Origin: Nitrosospira multiformis ATCC 25196
GTDB lineage: Bacteria > Pseudomonadota > Gammaproteobacteria > Burkholderiales > Nitrosomonadaceae
DNA length: 32,000 nucleotides
Direction of reading: 5' to 3'
Assembly (NCBI RefSeq): GCF_000196355.1
Contig: NC_007614.1
Coordinates: 1,950,001-1,982,000, forward strand
Shown one piece after another: positions 19,580 to 27,855 of this stretch (position 1 is its first letter; each line of letters opens with the position of its first letter). Both the position numbers and the translations under genes were made by a program. Under the pieces are notes generated by a model, which was given only the letters and a program-made list of their open reading frames with translations, ran no database searches and was not told the DNA's origin.

Positions 19580-19870
19580 ATGATGGGTATAACAGCTCTT
19601 GGTTTGTTTGCATTATCGCTGCCCGTCTTCGCATCAACCGATACGCAGGATGCGTCGTTTCAATCGGGCTAGGTCGGAGTTCTGCTCACGCTGCTCATGG
19701 TACGTTTGCGGGAGCCGCAGAAAAAAGAAATAGGCGGTTGGCTGATCTATTACTATATTCGGCTCTATTATTGGGATAATGGCTTTGTTGCAATCGGCCA
19801 ATCAAATCCAAAGCAAACTCCACAAGCATGGGTGGAACAACTGTGCCAAACGTTGTCAGGGGCCGAGTAA
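19580..19870 (+). pseudogene. possible small exported/membrane protein gene with one in-frame TAG at 19670-19672
   Basis: Own translation: MMGITALGLFALSLPVFASTDTQDASFQSG[TAG]VGVLLTLLMVRLREPQKKEIGGWLIYYYIRLYYWDNGFVAIGQSNPKQTPQAWVEQLCQTLSGAE-stop. Signal-peptide-like start; the same frame stays open on both sides of one stop. Confidence 0.4.
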
Positions 19871-20127
19871 TAGCCATTGTCGCAAACTTGCACAATTCCA
19901 TAGCATGAGACATTTGTCTGGTCAGGAGTACAGGTAGGTTCTGAATTCGCGCATAAGGCTTTACTACCTGTCCGACAGCATTCACCGTCACCGCACTCGC
20001 TTCTTTGAACCTCTCGCTCATTTGACAGGCATTGTCCATCGCAAAAAGGTGGGGCGCCACGCCACGTGTCGGCTTTCGCAAGGGGTGCCGCGAGCCAGAC
20101 GGCGGCAACAATTAGGATTACCTTCAT
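19768..20127 (-). CDS. hypothetical Cys-rich exported protein
   Basis: Signal peptide MKVILIVAAVWLAAPLAKADTW followed by a region with 12 Cys (FCDGQCLSNEREVQRSECGDGECCRTGSKALC...). The ORF track extends it to 20262, but residues 1-34 of that ORF are transposase tail sequence. Confidence 0.6.
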   Translation of the reverse strand: MKVILIVAAVWLAAPLAKADTWRGAPPFCDGQCLSNEREVQRSECGDGECCRTGSKALCANSEPTCTPDQTNVSCYGIVQVCDNGYYSAPDNVWHSCSTHACGVCFGFDWPIATKPLSQ

Positions 20128-20159
20128 GGGAATCATAAGCCTTGGAATTGTTATTTCCA

Positions 20160-20634
20160 TAAAACCTCCTTTTATCTTCTTGAACATTCGCATGAACTCA
20201 AAACCTTTGATGGTGGCGTAGGCTGTTTTTTTCCATTTAAGGCCCCGCACCAGGTTTATCAAGCGTTAGAGCTTGCCATGATCAGCTTCGACAATATTGT
20301 TCAAGTATTTGACGTGCCGATGCATGATATCCGGCGGACACTTTCCTTCCGCTTTTAATTCGGCAAGGGCGGACCTGTAAGCAGGCGCCTCGCCGGTATT
20401 GATAGTACCGGGGTGCGCCCAGGGTTTCATGGATTTCAAGGCTTTGCCCAGAAAACGTTTGGCAGCCTTAATATTGCGCGTTGAAGGGAGATAGAAATCA
20501 ATCGTATGACCTTTCTATCAAGTGCCCGGTATAAATGCGTCCCCTTCCCTTCGACCTTCACGTAAGTTTCATCTACGGATCTGTCCTGAAAAATACAATG
20601 GGGCGCCTCTCTTCTTATTTTTTGCAACAGAGCC
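20160..20634 (-). mobile_element. decayed IS6-family insertion sequence/transposase remnant
   Basis: Composite reading on the minus strand: VDETYVKVEGKGTHLYRALD / (frameshift near 20510-20520) / GHTIDFYLPSTRNIKAAKRFLGKALKSMKPWAHPGTINTGEAPAYRSALAELKAEGKCPPDIMHRHVKYLNNIVEADHGKL[TAA 20266-20268]RLINLVRGLKWKKTAYATIKGFEFMRMFKK. tttgcaacagagcc at 20621-20634 is the IS6-type terminal repeat (ggctctgttgcaaa) in the expected orientation. Confidence 0.88.
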
Positions 20635-20665
20635 TTTTTTTGAACCGCTCCTTCCTCTCATCCTG

Positions 20666-22102
20666 CTACTGCCAACCGCCACCAAGTGATCTATAAAGAT
20701 CCACCATTGCGTCAAATTGCTTTTGTTGCGTTTCAATTAGATCTTGTTTGGCCTCCAGGGTATCCCTTTGTGTCAACAGCACATCCAGGTAGTCCGTACG
20801 AGCAGATTTGAATAGCTGGCTAGCGACATCAATTGATTGGACAAGCGCTTCCACCTGGCTTGTCTTGAGTTGATAGTTTTTTTTGAGCTTATCGATGTTT
20901 GAAATTTGATTCGCCACTTCCACATAAGCATTGATAATACTTTGCTCATACTCATAAGCTGCCTGAATTTGCCTGGCACTGGCGTTTTTATATTCGGCTC
21001 TGATAGCGTACCTATTGATCACTGGAGCTACTAGCTCTCCGGCAACAGCGGCCGCCAATGATTGTGGGGTATTGAACAGGTACTTAACCGCGAAAGCTTC
21101 AAACCCTACCCCCGCGTTTATGTTAAAGGTGGGAAAGAAATTTGCCCTGGCCACCTTTATGTTTAATTCCGCTGCCGATAGCTCAAGCTCCGCTTGCCTA
21201 ATATCAGGCCTGTTTTGTAGCAATTGCGACGGAATACCTGTCATGAGTACTTTGGGGTTTTGCTCCATAAAACCACTGGAAGCACGCTGGATAGGCTGCG
21301 GCGTTCTCCCTAACAGGAAGTTGATCCGGTTTTCAACAACCGTAATATCCTGTTTAATTTTGTATATGTTGCTTTTGTTTTTTGCCACTTCTGCTTCATA
21401 ACGTTTGACCGCAAGTGCAGTTGTTCTTGCATACAGCAGAAGTTGTTTAACCATCTCCAACGCATTTTCCTGAATCCTGATATTTTGCTCTAAAATCTCA
21501 AGGTGGTTGTCCAGGGCAAGCAATTCATAGTACGAATGAGCAACGTCAGCGACCAGGTTGGTCACTAAAAAATTTTGACCTTCTTTAGATGCCATGTACT
21601 CCAGCACAGCCACTTGTCTCGCATTCCTCAATCTTTTCCATATATCTACTTCCCAAGTTGAAAATAGCTCAAATCGAAAATCGCCAAGAAACGTAGGAAA
21701 GTGTTTGCCGGCTAATGGCAGTTCCTCTTCGATAGCGCCGAAGCGCGTAAACTCGCCGACTTTGTCTCCGCCTGCGCCAGCACGAATACCTACCAATGGC
21801 ATCAAATATTGGCCTCTACGCGCCTGGATTTCATTTTGTGCAATGGTGATGCGCTGCAGCATGATATTAATTTCTTTATTATTAGCAACAGCGATGTCTA
21901 GCAAATCTGATAAGGCAGGGTCATCGAAAAAATCCTTCCGCATGACAGTCGCCGTACTGGTCGTTTCAAAAACGTCCGGTTCAAAAGTAGCAGGAAGAGG
22001 CACATCTGCTTTTTTGATTGCTACTTTAGGAATACAACCCTGCAACAGCAGCCCCAGCACGACTAAGGCCATAAGCCGAAATGTTTTATTTTTCATTGTC
22101 AT
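20666..22102 (-). CDS. RND efflux outer membrane lipoprotein, OprM/NodT family
   Basis: Lipobox VLGLLLQGCIPK. DLLDIAVANNKEINIMLQRI, FELFSTWEVDIWKRLRNAR, LLQNRPDIRQAELELSAAELNIKVARANFFPTFNI. Confidence 0.94.
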   Translation of the reverse strand: MTMKNKTFRLMALVVLGLLLQGCIPKVAIKKADVPLPATFEPDVFETTSTATVMRKDFFDDPALSDLLDIAVANNKEINIMLQRITIAQNEIQARRGQYLMPLVGIRAGAGGDKVGEFTRFGAIEEELPLAGKHFPTFLGDFRFELFSTWEVDIWKRLRNARQVAVLEYMASKEGQNFLVTNLVADVAHSYYELLALDNHLEILEQNIRIQENALEMVKQLLLYARTTALAVKRYEAEVAKNKSNIYKIKQDITVVENRINFLLGRTPQPIQRASSGFMEQNPKVLMTGIPSQLLQNRPDIRQAELELSAAELNIKVARANFFPTFNINAGVGFEAFAVKYLFNTPQSLAAAVAGELVAPVINRYAIRAEYKNASARQIQAAYEYEQSIINAYVEVANQISNIDKLKKNYQLKTSQVEALVQSIDVASQLFKSARTDYLDVLLTQRDTLEAKQDLIETQQKQFDAMVDLYRSLGGGWQ

Positions 22103-25100
22103 CCGGGCCGTAGTGATAAGTTTCGGCTAGAGGATCAAGGTCTTCACCTTGAATTAATTTTTTACCCTCTGCCATTTTCGCAAAAATATAATAAAGTCCT
22201 GGAATAACGATAACGCCAAACACGGTACCGGTAAGCATCCCACCCAGTGCTGAGGTACCAATCGTCCTGTTGCCAACCGCTCCAGCTCCCGTAGCCATCG
22301 CCAAGGGTATCAGCCCGGCTATAAAGGCAAATGAAGTCATCAAAATCGGCCGGAAACGCTCTTTTGCGCCCGCAATCGCCGCTTCTTTGACCGTCATTCC
22401 TCCTTCGACTTGCCTCTGGCTTGCAAACTCGACAATCAGTACCGCGTTTTTGCCGAGCAAGCCAATCAACATCACCATTCCCAGTTGGGAATAGACATCA
22501 TTGGCAAGCCCTGTTCCTTTTAACAATAAAAAGGCACCGAAAATACCGGGAGGTAGCGAACATAACACGACCAAGGGTAAAGCAAAGCTTTCGTATTGTG
22601 CGGCCAGCACCAGATAGACAAACAGGATAACGACGGCGAAGATCAGCAGTGCTTCATTGCCCCGAAGGGCTTCGTCGAATGTCAAGCCTTCCCAGGCAAC
22701 TTCAAAACCTCGCGGCAAAGTGGCTTCCGCAACCTCTTCGATTGCCTTGATAGCTGCGCCAGTGGTATAACCCGGTGCGGGCTCGGCCCGAATCGCCGCC
22801 GTGTTATAGAGGTTATAACGCGTCAGCTCGTTGGGCCCCTGCTTTTTCACCATGGTCATGAAGGCAGAGTACGGCACCATTTCGCCTTTATCATTTTTCA
22901 CAAAATATTTCAACACATCTTCAGGGGCTCGCCTGAATTCCGGCGCGGCCTGGGTGTAGACCTTAAAAAAGTTATTGAAGCGAATAAAGCCCTGTTCATA
23001 AGTACTGCCGATCATGATGTCTAGGTGATTCATCGCGTCTTCGATGGTAACCCCTTTTTGCATGGCCAGCCTATTGTCGACGACCAGTTCGTATTGCGGA
23101 TAATTGGCCGCATAAAAAGTGAACAAGCCGGTCAATTCCTTACGTTCACGCATCGCATTCATGAATTTTTTATTAAGTTCATCGAATTCGAAGTAATCCG
23201 TGTCTAACGTCTTGTCCACCAAGCGAAACGCCAAACCCGATGCCGCACCGTATCCCGGCACTGCCGGCGGTTGAAAAAACTCGATGGTCGCACCCAGGTT
23301 ATGGGCTTTTTCCTCCAACTCGTGGATAACTTGATTTACCGAATGTTTACGTTCCGACCAATCTTTCAGGTTGACCACAACAGTCCCTGCATTTGATCCA
23401 CGGCCTTCGGTAAGTACTTCGTAGCCGGCTAAGGAAGAAATTGATTGTACGCCTTCGATTTCTGCGGCCATTATTTCCAGTTCACGTGCCACTTTGTTGG
23501 TCACTTCGATGGTTGACCCGGGCGGTGTTTGGATAATCGCATAAATCATGCCCTGATCTTCGCCGGGAATAAAACCGGAAGGCAAGACTTTATCGACCGC
23601 GAAAATGCCGAAGCTAAACCCGACCAATACCAAAAGCGTGACAATGCGCCGGGTGACCGTGACATTCAGGAATTTGATGTAGCGGCCGGTGACCTTTTCG
23701 AAAACAGAGTTAAAGGCATCGATGAAAAGGTTTATCGGGTTTCTCCGTTTCGGCTGGCCGTGAGTGTTTTTAAGAATCATGGCACACAGTACCGGGGTGA
23801 GCGATAAAGCCACAATTGCTGAAATAGTGATCGACGACGCCATAGTGATAGCGAACTGTCGATAAAATACCCCGACCGGTCCTGGCATAAACGCAAGAGG
23901 GACGAACACTGATACCATGACCAGCGTAATCGCTATAATGGCGCCACCGATTTCCTGCAACACTTTTCGGGAGGCTTCATAAGGGGTGCAATGCTCGGCT
24001 GCCATTTTTGCATGCACTGCCTCCACTACCACAATGGCATCATCGACCACAATACCAATAGCCAACACTAAGGCAAACAAGGTGATGAGGTTGATGGAAA
24101 GCCCGAACGCAGACATGACGGCAAATGCTCCGACCAGCGAAACCGGTACCGCGAGGACGGGAATCAGGGTAGAACGCCAGTCTCCAAGGAAAATGAAAAC
24201 CACCAAGGAGACCAGAATGAAGGCTTCCACCAATGTGTGCAGCACTTGGTCGATAGACGCCTCAACGAAACGCGACACATCGTAATTGATTTCGTAGTCC
24301 ATGCCCTCCGGGAAAGATTTTTTCAATTCTTCCAGTTTTTTCTTCACGTTCTCTATGACTACTTGGGCATTACTGCCGTAGTTTTGCTTCAGCACGATGG
24401 ACGCGGAAGGGAATCCGTCCTTATCGGAGAAAATATTATAAAACTCGCTGTCCAGAGTGACCTTGGCAACGTCTTTAATGCGCAGAATCTCGCCTGTTGG
24501 AGCAGCCCGGAGAATAATGTCCCCATATTCTTCCGGCTTGTTAAAGCGTCCTTTATAAACCAGCACGTACTCTTTGGACTGGGCGAGCATGCCTGTGCTT
24601 TGCCCCAACCGACCAGGTCGTCCGATAATGCTTTGAGTCGCCAGTGCCTTCATCACCTCTTCTGACGAGACGGCATAGGCTCTCATCCGTTCCGGATTCA
24701 TCCAAATCCGCATCGCATATTGGCGGGAACCCAATATGGTTGCTTGGGCAATTCCAGTAATGCGTTGAATCTCCGGAATAACATTGACATAGGCATAATT
24801 AAACAAAAGCTTCTGATCGGCGTCTTTGTCTTTGCTGTAGAGGTTGACGTACATGAGCATGCTGGGCTGGACGAAGTTTACAATCACGCCTTCCAACTGC
24901 ACCAGTATGGGTAGCCTGCTCATCATCTGATCCACGCGTGTCTTCACGTTAACCATCGCGATATTCGGATCGACGCCTAAATTGAAATATACTTGAATGG
25001 TCGCTTCTCCGGCGCTGGTTGCATCCGAAGTGATGTATCTCATACCAGGCACGCCATTGATAGCGCGTTCTAAGAGGATCAGGGACGATTCCACCAGTAC

Positions 25101-25265
25101 TTGGGCGCTGGCACCGGGAAACGATACTGAAACCGTGACCCGGGGCGGTGCAATATCTGGAAACTGGGAAACGGGCAATGATTTCATTGCCAACAAGCCC
25201 ATGAATATGAACAACAGCGATAACACGATCGCCAGCACAGGTCTTTTGAGAAAAATACCAAACAT
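22086..25265 (-). CDS. efflux RND transporter permease, HAE1 family (AcrB-like)
   Basis: 1059 aa: MFGIFLKRPVLAIVLSLLFIFMGLLAMKSLPVSQFPDIAPPRVTVSVSFPGASAQVL, SINLITLFALVLAIGIVVDDAIVVVEAVH, AKNAVLIVEFA. Overlaps the downstream OMF gene by 17 nt. Confidence 0.97.
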   Translation of the reverse strand: MFGIFLKRPVLAIVLSLLFIFMGLLAMKSLPVSQFPDIAPPRVTVSVSFPGASAQVLVESSLILLERAINGVPGMRYITSDATSAGEATIQVYFNLGVDPNIAMVNVKTRVDQMMSRLPILVQLEGVIVNFVQPSMLMYVNLYSKDKDADQKLLFNYAYVNVIPEIQRITGIAQATILGSRQYAMRIWMNPERMRAYAVSSEEVMKALATQSIIGRPGRLGQSTGMLAQSKEYVLVYKGRFNKPEEYGDIILRAAPTGEILRIKDVAKVTLDSEFYNIFSDKDGFPSASIVLKQNYGSNAQVVIENVKKKLEELKKSFPEGMDYEINYDVSRFVEASIDQVLHTLVEAFILVSLVVFIFLGDWRSTLIPVLAVPVSLVGAFAVMSAFGLSINLITLFALVLAIGIVVDDAIVVVEAVHAKMAAEHCTPYEASRKVLQEIGGAIIAITLVMVSVFVPLAFMPGPVGVFYRQFAITMASSITISAIVALSLTPVLCAMILKNTHGQPKRRNPINLFIDAFNSVFEKVTGRYIKFLNVTVTRRIVTLLVLVGFSFGIFAVDKVLPSGFIPGEDQGMIYAIIQTPPGSTIEVTNKVARELEIMAAEIEGVQSISSLAGYEVLTEGRGSNAGTVVVNLKDWSERKHSVNQVIHELEEKAHNLGATIEFFQPPAVPGYGAASGLAFRLVDKTLDTDYFEFDELNKKFMNAMRERKELTGLFTFYAANYPQYELVVDNRLAMQKGVTIEDAMNHLDIMIGSTYEQGFIRFNNFFKVYTQAAPEFRRAPEDVLKYFVKNDKGEMVPYSAFMTMVKKQGPNELTRYNLYNTAAIRAEPAPGYTTGAAIKAIEEVAEATLPRGFEVAWEGLTFDEALRGNEALLIFAVVILFVYLVLAAQYESFALPLVVLCSLPPGIFGAFLLLKGTGLANDVYSQLGMVMLIGLLGKNAVLIVEFASQRQVEGGMTVKEAAIAGAKERFRPILMTSFAFIAGLIPLAMATGAGAVGNRTIGTSALGGMLTGTVFGVIVIPGLYYIFAKMAEGKKLIQGEDLDPLAETYHYGPDDNEK

Positions 25266-25286
25266 GGCTTAATCCTGACTAAAAGG

Positions 25287-26378
25287 TTACTCGGTATACA
25301 ATTTCATCAACTCTGAGCGAACCTCTTGGGGTGGCTTTAAATCGATCATAACCTTGTCTCCAGGACTAACTTTGCGCATACCCTCGATCAAAATCCTCTC
25401 GCCGTCATTCACGCCGCTTTTAACAATAAACATGTGGGGCAACTCGGCCTCTATCTGGATAAGCCTTTGCTCCACTTTTTCTTCTTTGTTGACGACGTAG
25501 AGATAGATTTTATCCATGATTTCGAACGTCGCTTTTTGAGGGATGAGCATGGCGTTTGGGTAAGGTACGGTCATCAGAATTGTTCCTGTCTGACCATGCC
25601 TGAGAACCCTGTCCGGGTTCTCGAACAAGGCACGAAACTGAATGTTGCCGGAGGTATTATAAAAATCACCTACAATTGTCTCGATGACCCCCGTATGCTC
25701 GTAAATCTCGCCATTTGCCATCCTTAACTGCACTTTTTCATTGGTTTTGCCTTTTTCGCGCCTTATAAAATCCAGATATTTAGCTTCCGGGACGTTGAAA
25801 TAGACCCACAAGTGGGCGATATCAGACAACTCCGTCAACAAATCATCTTCATCCAGAAGGCTGCCGATCCTAACAGCCAAATGATCCGTAATCCCATCAA
25901 AGGGTGCTCTGATATCGGTGAACCCCAAGTGGGTTTTCGCCAAGTTCACCTGCGCGTTAGCCTTATCTAATTTTGCTTTTGCCAAAGCCAATTCATTGGC
26001 TGATACGATATTCTTATCAGCCAAGGCCTTGGTATTGAGGTATTCGATGTTCACATTTTGCGCTTCAGCTTCCGCAGTTAGAAGTTCTGCCTGATAGACG
26101 TTGGGCATGATTTTGAACATGGGTTGTCCCTTTTTTACCCATTGCCCTTCGTCTATAAAAATATGGGTTAAATAGCCCTTTTCCAAAGAGCGGACTTCAA
26201 TATGTCTGATGGCGCGAATCTGACAGACATAGGGTTCCAGGATGGAAGTGTCTTCACGGAACGGTGTGGTTGCCGCATAGTGCGGCATTTCTTCATGTGT
26301 GTCGTGTTTTTGGCATCCACTCAATACCAGAGTGGCGATTAAGCCTAGAACGATGGATAATTTAGTGACCATTTTCAT
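25287..26378 (-). CDS. efflux RND transporter periplasmic adaptor subunit (membrane fusion lipoprotein)
   Basis: Lipobox VLSGCQKH. YEVRSLEKGYLTHIFIDEGQWVKKGQPMFKI-like barrel-sandwich region, LGFTDIRAPFDGITDHLAVRIGSLL. Confidence 0.95.
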   Translation of the reverse strand: MKMVTKLSIVLGLIATLVLSGCQKHDTHEEMPHYAATTPFREDTSILEPYVCQIRAIRHIEVRSLEKGYLTHIFIDEGQWVKKGQPMFKIMPNVYQAELLTAEAEAQNVNIEYLNTKALADKNIVSANELALAKAKLDKANAQVNLAKTHLGFTDIRAPFDGITDHLAVRIGSLLDEDDLLTELSDIAHLWVYFNVPEAKYLDFIRREKGKTNEKVQLRMANGEIYEHTGVIETIVGDFYNTSGNIQFRALFENPDRVLRHGQTGTILMTVPYPNAMLIPQKATFEIMDKIYLYVVNKEEKVEQRLIQIEAELPHMFIVKSGVNDGERILIEGMRKVSPGDKVMIDLKPPQEVRSELMKLYTE

Positions 26379-26509
26379 GCCGTCTTGATAGTGGGAAAGA
26401 CGTCCGTTGGGGTATGCCGTATCGCCCTGATTCCAAACAGGACGATCAGAATGGAAAGAACCACGAAGGTGTAAGGTTTCCGCAGCGCCATAATTACGAT
26501 CTGGTTCAT
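26375..26509 (-). pseudogene. 44-codon N-terminal remnant of a second RND permease gene
   Basis: Own translation, ATG at 26509: MNQIVIMALRKPYTFVVLSILIVLFGIRAIRHTPTDVFPTIKTA-stop. Matches the N-terminal TM1 pattern of RND permeases (ALRRPYTFxVLxxLIxxxGxxAIxxTPTDIFP). Its TGA overlaps the ATG of the adaptor gene. Confidence 0.85.
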
Positions 26510-26549
26510 ACTATGTTCTCTCTTATGCCTTCGGTAAAAATTCATTTAC

Positions 26550-27545
26550 CTAGAATATTGCACGTAAGGATGAGGCAATTCTTTTGCAAATCCTTACAAG
26601 GTTGGACGTGCAGTCTCCCGCCTTGCGTCTCCAGACGGTCTGAACAGGATTACTGCCCATCCCTTGCCAAACCCAGAAGCTGATCACCCGGCAGAATATT
26701 CCGGGAGAATGGAGGGAAGGAAGAGCGGTACCGCTCCCGCTGTTCCTGAAAATCTCGTCCTTCGTTATGTGTTGCCCGAACGCCATGCCGCCGTATGTCT
26801 CGGCAGATCTTAATGGCCAGATTGGCTGTTCTATATCGATAAGATGGACGTTGCAGTATCGGCCGCCGGTATCGAGCCGCAGCTGATTGGGAAGTGTTTT
26901 GGCAATCAGGAGGAAGATGGCGCCGAAGGCTGCGGCAGCCGGATTGTTTCCCGATGCGATGGCAATCGCCGCGGCGACCGCGGATATTTTTGCAATATTT
27001 CTGCGTCTCCCGGTTTTGCCGACTTCAAGAGCGGGAAAGCTCTGAACCTTGTCGGTATGCTCCAGCGCATAGTTAAATCCAAGCTCCGCCGCTTCGTCGT
27101 CTGTCTTCCCTGCAGCCCGGGGAAAAACAGCCTGGCACATTGCCAGGATTTGGTTTAGGTTCCGTTCGCAGGCTCCGAGGATCGTTGCCGATGCCGCCAC
27201 GGCTCCGCAGGCGATTTGCTGGGGGCGAGTGCCTGCTGCAGCCCATTGCGCCGCATTTGCCACCGCGTTCGAAATGGTTTCGCTTACGACGCGCATGTTG
27301 TCCGCATTCAGGAGTCCTATGACTTCCGCTGAATGGTCCTTGTCGTAGTGGCTGACAAGAATGTGATCGAGGGAGTAACCGTAACCCCTGAGGATGGGAT
27401 CGATAAAGTTGTGGACTGTCTCGGCATACCCGAGTAGCCCGCCCTCGATCAATATCGTCCGGTGTCGCCCGGCTGCCACGTCTGCCGCAACCACGAGCGC
27501 ACTTTCTCCCTGCCCGACGTCAATCGTATGAATGGTGAGTTGCAT
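26550..27545 (-). CDS. ComEC-like MBL-fold metallo-hydrolase with hydrophobic insert segments; C-terminus possibly truncated or replaced
   Basis: LTIHTIDVGQGESALVV...TILIEGG...DHILVSHYDKDHSAEVIGLL, the SHxDxDH motif typical of ComEC-like MBL proteins. Hydrophobic segments SAVAAAIAIASGNNPAAAAFGAIFLLIAKTL. Confidence 0.8.
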   Translation of the reverse strand: MQLTIHTIDVGQGESALVVAADVAAGRHRTILIEGGLLGYAETVHNFIDPILRGYGYSLDHILVSHYDKDHSAEVIGLLNADNMRVVSETISNAVANAAQWAAAGTRPQQIACGAVAASATILGACERNLNQILAMCQAVFPRAAGKTDDEAAELGFNYALEHTDKVQSFPALEVGKTGRRRNIAKISAVAAAIAIASGNNPAAAAFGAIFLLIAKTLPNQLRLDTGGRYCNVHLIDIEQPIWPLRSAETYGGMAFGQHITKDEIFRNSGSGTALPSLHSPGIFCRVISFWVWQGMGSNPVQTVWRRKAGDCTSNLVRICKRIASSLRAIF

Positions 27546-27660
27546 GGCGATGAGCTTTCAAGTTTTCCCCCTTCCAAGATAAACAGGTAACTCGCACACC
27601 GAGAGGGTCCAACTGCGTGCTATCACGCTGCAACGGCTGATAGACGGGCGATTATGAAGT

Positions 27661-27688
27661 GCGAATGACCGATTCAGCGGTCATTCGC
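27661..27688. repeat. perfect 11-bp inverted repeat with 6-nt loop
   Basis: gcgaatgaccg / attcag / cggtcattcgc. Confidence 0.85.
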
Positions 27689-27772
27689 GCCACTCTCCAC
27701 AGTGGTCTTCGACTGATCGGCATACGTTTAAGGGATGCCAGCAGCCAGTGTGGAATCAAAATTACCACACTC

Positions 27773-27855
27773 GTTGTAAGAGAACTATGATGGACAGGTG
27801 AGCGATTTGTGAAAGTTGTAAGAAAACTATGATGGATAAGTGGTCAATTTGTGAA
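27773..27855 (+). repeat. imperfect 42-bp tandem direct repeat, two copies
   Basis: Copy 1, 27773-27813: gttgtaagagaactatgatggacaggtgagcgatttgtgaa. Copy 2, 27815-27855: gttgtaagaaaactatgatggataagtggtcaatttgtgaa. Confidence 0.85.

Noticed and set aside
26414-26683. 89-aa minus-strand ORF listed in the track
   Set aside because: Overlaps the MBL gene and the RND permease remnant in another frame; its translation lacks protein-like features, whereas the alternative frame gives a recognisable RND N-terminus.
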